Assembly (NCBI GenBank): GCA_965215565.1
Contig: CBDCDZ010000004.1
Location: 4,032,001-4,096,000, forward strand
Length of the DNA: 64,000 bases
Reading direction: 5' to 3'
From: Trueperaceae bacterium
GTDB taxonomy: Bacteria > Deinococcota > Deinococci > Deinococcales > Trueperaceae
The translations under genes and the position numbers were made by a program. The notes under the pieces are model-generated. The model saw only the letters and a list, made by a program, of their open reading frames with translations. It did not search any database and was not told where the DNA came from. Positions 59,271 through 64,000 of the stretch are shown piece after piece. Position 1 is the stretch's first letter; the number at the start of each line of letters is the position of its first letter.

Positions 59271-60280
59271 GCGGCGGCGTTGCCGGGTTCGAAAGGCTGC
59301 GGCTCAAAGTCGGGCAAGCGGGCGATAAAGGCCTCTATGTCTGCCTCCTCGAGTGTGCGCCCAAAGCAGGCGTGACCGAGTCCGTGTCGCTCGAGCAGCA
59401 GCGCGTTCAAGGTCTGCTCGAAGAAGCTGCGGTTGGGATGAACCAAGAGCGGCTTTCCTAGAAAGAGCGCTTCGCTGATGAGGTTGAAGCCCGCCGTGCA
59501 AATCACCCCGCGACAGCCGGCTAGGTCCGCTTCGAACGTTCCGGCGGAGGGACGCTTGAGCAGCACGTTAGGGGGAACCGAGGGGGGCAGGGGAGCCGAG
59601 CTGTACACGACGAACGGATAGTTGACCCCGCCGAGCACCCTCAGGGTGTCCACGATGTCCTTATGGTTGTAGTAGACCAAGAGGTAGTCGCCCTTGCGGG
59701 GCGTCTTATCGGCGACGGAGGCGCGGATGATGGGAGAGAGGGGCGTGGCGCACTCGGGACGCTTTAGCTCGAGGGGTGAAAAGGTCGGCAGCAGGATGTG
59801 CTCGGGGCTTTTCGGCGCGAGGTAGCGCACCGCCGCCCTCGTCAAGAAAGCCGAGCCGCGGTACCCGGGAGGCAGCGTGTAACGCGCCTCCGTGACCACC
59901 TGCTGGCGGTTTAGAGCGACGATAGGCAGCCCCATAAGCTCGGCGGCGAGCGTCGCGAAGGGTTCGAAGTCGCTGATAAGCAGGTCAGGGTCGTACCTCT
60001 CCAGCGCGTGGACGAGACCAGGCACGTCGAAGCCGAGCGCGAAGGGTTTGAGGTTGTGCAGCACCGTCTTGCCGAAACTGCCCCGGTTGTTGTGGATGAC
60101 CTGCTCCAAAGCAGGCACCTCGACCACACGTTCGCCCCGTCTTTCCAAGGTAGCCTTGACCGCGCCGCCGCAGCAAAACACGACGTTGTGACCGCGTTGC
60201 CGCAATGTTTCTGACACCGCCAGCGCCCTGGACGTGTGACCCCGCCCGCCGCTATTAAAGGCGTAGATAAGCGTCGCCAT
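59189..60280 (-). CDS. GT-B glycosyltransferase (MJ1255/VC2487-like)
   Basis: GRGHTSR, ISDFEP, TAGFNLISEAL, FEQTLNA. Confidence 0.85.
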   Translation of the reverse strand: MATLIYAFNSGGRGHTSRALAVSETLRQRGHNVVFCCGGAVKATLERRGERVVEVPALEQVIHNNRGSFGKTVLHNLKPFALGFDVPGLVHALERYDPDLLISDFEPFATLAAELMGLPIVALNRQQVVTEARYTLPPGYRGSAFLTRAAVRYLAPKSPEHILLPTFSPLELKRPECATPLSPIIRASVADKTPRKGDYLLVYYNHKDIVDTLRVLGGVNYPFVVYSSAPLPPSVPPNVLLKRPSAGTFEADLAGCRGVICTAGFNLISEALFLGKPLLVHPNRSFFEQTLNALLLERHGLGHACFGRTLEEADIEAFIARLPDFEPQPFEPGNAAACALIERFTRPRKRVRPALPRKEPSSA

Positions 60281-60552
60281 TTACCGCCTCACTGCTTGTA
60301 TAGCCACCTGCATAACGGTCCGCATAGTTCCCCCCAAAAGATAAGATAGCAGGAATCAGAGTCGTTCTCGTCGAGGCTCGGAACTGGTCTGAAACACGCT
60401 CACTGTAACAAACAGTGTTTCCTTTTGCTTTGCAAAAACTTCGCAATCGGTTTTCTACCTCTTCCTTATCATTCACGCGATATACACCGAGAACTAGGGA
60501 GCACAGCGCAATTGTGGTGAGCAGGTTGCTCCGTAGAGGATTTGCGCCTATA

Positions 60553-60663
60553 TAGCAAGTATCATTTGGTTTGAGCCAGTCTCACGCTGGAGAACATCAA
60601 CGAGCACGTACATTCTTAAATGATACTTGCGCTATTCCAATTCAGTACTTCTATGAACTGCTT
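60553..60663 (+). mobile_element. MITE family B full copy
   Basis: TA|TAGCAAGTATCATT...AATGATACTTGC-GCTATTCCAATTCAGTACTTCT...AACTGCTT|TA. Confidence 0.8.
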
Positions 60664-60775
60664 TAGAACGAGGCTCGAGCTAAGAGAAGCCGCTACAAAA
60701 ACGCTTGGAATCCGACGAAAAGGGGAGAAGGTCAACCCTTCTCCCGTTCACGCTTAGCACGTGTACTCTTTGAAT

Positions 60776-62455
60776 TTAGCCCTCGATGACAGTCGGCACG
60801 ATCAGCGGGTTGCGCCCCGTCGCCTTGCGCAAGTAGCGCCTGACCGGGTAGAAGATGTCGTCGCGGATGTCAGAGAGGTTGCGCTTTTCGCGCACGCCTT
60901 TTTGCAGGCCTTCTAACGCGATGCGCTCGACCTCACCGTTGAGTTCCTTCTGATTTTGCGCGACGCCCCGACTGATGACCTCGACGGACGGGTTGCGCCC
61001 CGCTAGCGCCATAATGACCACGACGCCTTCGTTCGAGAGCGTTTGCCGGTCGCGAATCACGGGCTCGGTGATCTCCTCGCCCTGCTTGCCCATCGAGTCG
61101 ATGTAGATGATGCCCGAGTCGATCTGCCCGACGCGCTTGAGGTCGTCGCGGGTGAGTTCTAAAATATCCCCGTTCTCAGCGATGAGGCTCTTCTCCGGCG
61201 GGTTCGCCATGCCGTGCGCGAGCTTCTGGTGGTTCGTTTGGTGGCGCACCTCGCCGTGCCAAGGGATGAAGAATTTAGGCCGCGTCAAGTCGAGGATGAG
61301 CTTGAGTTCCTCTTGCGAAGCGTGACCTGAGGCGTGCACCTTGTAAGCGGGCGGATAAAAGACGTTGACGCCCCTCGCGTAAAGCTGATTGATGACGCGT
61401 CCCACCGCCTCTTCGTTGCCGGGAATCGGGTTCGACGACATGATGATGGTGTCACCGGGTTGCAGGTTGATCTTGCGGTGGCTGCCCGAGGCGAGGCGGG
61501 ACAGAGCCGCCATCGGCTGACCCTGCGAACCGGTACAGAGAAAGAGCACCTTGTCGTCGGCGAGGTTTTGCATGTCGTCGGTGCTGACTAGAGGCTGCTT
61601 AACCTCTAAGTAGCCCAACTCTTGCGCGATGCGCGTATTTTTAATCATCGAACGTCCTTCGATGACCACGCGGCGGTCGTACTTCTCGGCGACGCGGATG
61701 AAGTTCTGGAGGCGGTGGACGTGCGATGAGAACGTTGTGACAATCACGCGCCCGCTCGCTTTCGAGACGAGTTCGTCCACCGCGTTCATCACGTCGCGCT
61801 CACTGGGCGTGTAGCCGGGGCGCTCAGCGTTCGTCGAGTCGGAGATGAGCGCCAAAACGCCCTCTTGCCCGGCCTGCGCCAGCTTGTGCAGGTGGCTCGT
61901 CTTGCCGTCGGCAGGGTTGTAGTCGAGCTTGAAGTCGCCCGAGTGGACGATGCGCCCGATGGGGGTGTGGACGATGAGCCCCGAGTTATCAGGAATCGAG
62001 TGCGTCATGCGGAAGAAGTCCACCGTGAAGTACTTGCTGACCTTGATGCGGTCATCCGTGGAGATTTCGCGCAGGTCCACGTCGCTCTCGCGCAGCTTAA
62101 ACTCGTCGAACTTGCCGCGCAGGAGCCCAAGGGTAAGTTTCGCGCCGTACATGGGAATTTTCGGCAGGAGTTTGAGCATGTAGGGCAGCCCGCCGATGTG
62201 GTCTTCGTGTCCGTGGGTCAGGACCCAGCCCTTGATTTTGTGGGCGTTTTCAACCACCCAGTCGATTTTCGGAACGAGGATGTCGACACCCAGCATATCT
62301 GCGTCGGGGAAGGCAAGTCCACCATCAATCATGAGGATTTCGTCCTCGTACTCGAAAGCGAACATGTTCTTGCCGATTTCGCCCATCCCGCCGATAGGGA
62401 TGATGCGCAAGGCCTTTTGGTTGGATTTCTGCTTATTTTTAGTGTTGCGGCTCAT
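60776..62455 (-). CDS. rnj: ribonuclease J
   Basis: GGMGEIGKN, THGHEDHIG, HSIPD, HASGH. Confidence 0.97.
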   Translation of the reverse strand: MSRNTKNKQKSNQKALRIIPIGGMGEIGKNMFAFEYEDEILMIDGGLAFPDADMLGVDILVPKIDWVVENAHKIKGWVLTHGHEDHIGGLPYMLKLLPKIPMYGAKLTLGLLRGKFDEFKLRESDVDLREISTDDRIKVSKYFTVDFFRMTHSIPDNSGLIVHTPIGRIVHSGDFKLDYNPADGKTSHLHKLAQAGQEGVLALISDSTNAERPGYTPSERDVMNAVDELVSKASGRVIVTTFSSHVHRLQNFIRVAEKYDRRVVIEGRSMIKNTRIAQELGYLEVKQPLVSTDDMQNLADDKVLFLCTGSQGQPMAALSRLASGSHRKINLQPGDTIIMSSNPIPGNEEAVGRVINQLYARGVNVFYPPAYKVHASGHASQEELKLILDLTRPKFFIPWHGEVRHQTNHQKLAHGMANPPEKSLIAENGDILELTRDDLKRVGQIDSGIIYIDSMGKQGEEITEPVIRDRQTLSNEGVVVIMALAGRNPSVEVISRGVAQNQKELNGEVERIALEGLQKGVREKRNLSDIRDDIFYPVRRYLRKATGRNPLIVPTVIEG

Positions 62456-62636
62456 AAAGCTCCTTTGGTGCCGCACGGTAGGCGCATGCATCTAAAGTTG
62501 TGATGCAGAAAACAAAAGGTTAAGACACGCGCCGAATGCGACCCCTCGTGTGACGCTCGAGGGAAGCGGCAGTGCAGAGGTCTATGTGACCCCTGCCATT
62601 GAATTGAATAGTGCTTGTTGACGCTACTGCTATAAA

Positions 62637-64000
62637 TCAGCGGCGGCTGCGGTCCCCACCTCTTTCGCTACGACCGCCACGGTCACCGCGTCCACCGCCC
62701 CGGTCCTCGCGGCTGCGGCGTGGGGCGATTTTACCCTCGAGTTCCGGCCTTACGAGGTCGAGTTTGCCACGTCCGTCGATGTTGTTGACCTTGACAGTGA
62801 TGGGGTCACCCACCTTGAGGTAGTCCTCGACGTTCTGAACGCGCTCCTCAGCGATCTGTGAGATGTGTAAGAGCCCGTCCGTGCCGGGGAAGATGGTGAT
62901 GAACGCGCCGAAGTCCGTCGTTTTAGCGACTTTGCCCTCGTACGTCGCGCCGACTTCTGCTGTGGCGGTCAAACCTTCGATCTGGCGCTTCGCTTCGTTC
63001 GCGGCGGCGGAATCCTCGCTGTAAATTTTGACGGTGCCGTCTTCGGCGATGTCGATGGAGACGCCCAAGGTTTCAAGCTCGCGTATCTGCTTGCCGCCCG
63101 GTCCGATGACCGCGCCGATCTTCTCCACAGGAATCTGCACGCTGATGATGCGCGGCGCGTTCTGCGAGACCTCGTCGCGGGGCGCAGCCAAGACCTCGTC
63201 CATTAAGCCCAAGATATGGCGGCGTCCGTCTCTAGCTTGGTTGAGCGCCGCGTTCATGATGTCGGCGGTGATGCCCTGAATCTTGATGTCCATCTGCAGG
63301 GCGGTCACGCCGTCGTGCGTGCCCGTGACCTTGAAGTCCATGTCGCCCAAGGCGTCTTCGGAGCCCAAGATGTCCGAGAGAATCTTGTAGTTCTCGCCCT
63401 CTTTGATGAGCCCCATCGCGATGCCCGCGACGGGCTTTTTGATAGGGACGCCCGCGTCCATCAAGGATAAGGTGCTCGCACAGACCGACGCCATCGAGGA
63501 GGAGCCGTTGGACTCCAAGGTCTCGGCGACGGTGCGAATGACGTAAGGAAAGTCCTCTTGTGAGGGGATCATCCGCTCCAAGGAGCGCCGCGCCAAGTTG
63601 CCGTGTCCGAGTTCGCGCCTCGAGGTGCCCCTGAGCCGCTTCGCCTCACCCGTCGAATAGGGTGGGAAGTTGTAGTGGAGCATGAACTCTTCGGACGTTT
63701 CCAGCCCTAAGTCATCCACCAAACGGTTGTCCTTACCCGTGCCGAGCGTCGAAACGCTAAGCACTTGCGTCTCGCCTCTCGTAAAGACCGCCGAGCCGTG
63801 CGCGGCGGGCAACACGCCCGCTTCAATCCAGATCGGGCGAATCTCCTCGGGCGTGCGGTGGTCCGAGCGCTGGTTGTCCTCTAAGACCATGCGGCGCGAC
63901 TCAGACTGCACCGCCTTGCTAAACGCCTCTTTAAGCTCGCCTATACGCTCCGCTGCGCCTTCCGCTTCGGGGTCGGGGACGTGCTTTTCGATGAGCGAGT
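62637..64000 (-). CDS. pnp: polyribonucleotide nucleotidyltransferase, 5' part outside window
   Basis: [27 protein letters not shown] and S1 domains. Confidence 0.97.
   Translation of the reverse strand, partial: SLIEKHVPDPEAEGAAERIGELKEAFSKAVQSESRRMVLEDNQRSDHRTPEEIRPIWIEAGVLPAAHGSAVFTRGETQVLSVSTLGTGKDNRLVDDLGLETSEEFMLHYNFPPYSTGEAKRLRGTSRRELGHGNLARRSLERMIPSQEDFPYVIRTVAETLESNGSSSMASVCASTLSLMDAGVPIKKPVAGIAMGLIKEGENYKILSDILGSEDALGDMDFKVTGTHDGVTALQMDIKIQGITADIMNAALNQARDGRRHILGLMDEVLAAPRDEVSQNAPRIISVQIPVEKIGAVIGPGGKQIRELETLGVSIDIAEDGTVKIYSEDSAAANEAKRQIEGLTATAEVGATYEGKVAKTTDFGAFITIFPGTDGLLHISQIAEERVQNVEDYLKVGDPITVKVNNIDGRGKLDLVRPELEGKIAPRRSREDRGGGRGDRGGRSERGGDRSRR

Overview
Bacterial chromosomal window (about 60% GC by eye), almost certainly Deinococcota and Trueperaceae-like. 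Support: the Thermus/Deinococcus-type large beta' insertion in RpoC, Deinococcus SRE-like repeats, and many apparently leaderless genes with a TANNNT -10 box 5-7 nt before the start codon. Core content: fadB-type gene, HAD, purQ; floA-yqfB-phoH-7TM/HD-ybeY-dgkA-cdd-TPR; coaX, polX, HDAC-family gene; tRNA(Thr,Tyr,Gly,Thr)-tuf-rpmG-secE-nusG-rplKAJL-rpoBC; carD; tRNA-Pro, NUDIX, glycosyltransferase/flippase pair, rnj and partial pnp. Accessory and decayed DNA: an ISAs1 nested in the terminus of another IS that truncates a lipoprotein serine-protease pseudogene (4.1-7.7 kb), and a 36-57 kb region with many pseudogenes (EEP nuclease, AraC, a Tat-signal catechol 2,3-dioxygenase, GlcG/HbpS, a collapsed btuC-cobD-cobQ-cobU cobalamin salvage cluster) plus an ECF sigma/anti-sigma pair and lipoproteins. 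The most striking signal is non-coding, a multi-scale set of small mobile DNAs. (i) 26-27 nt hairpin mini-insertions ending CGTAAC-GC with GC duplication, two of which disrupt genes. (ii) A TAGCAG...CTGCTA MITE family that nests in itself, splits the CobQ GYEIH motif, sits directly behind stop codons of core genes and brackets the L10 leader. (iii) SRE-like TAC...GTA elements with TGA target duplications. (iv) Strong enrichment of the palindrome CTCGAG. All calls were made by eye, without database searches.
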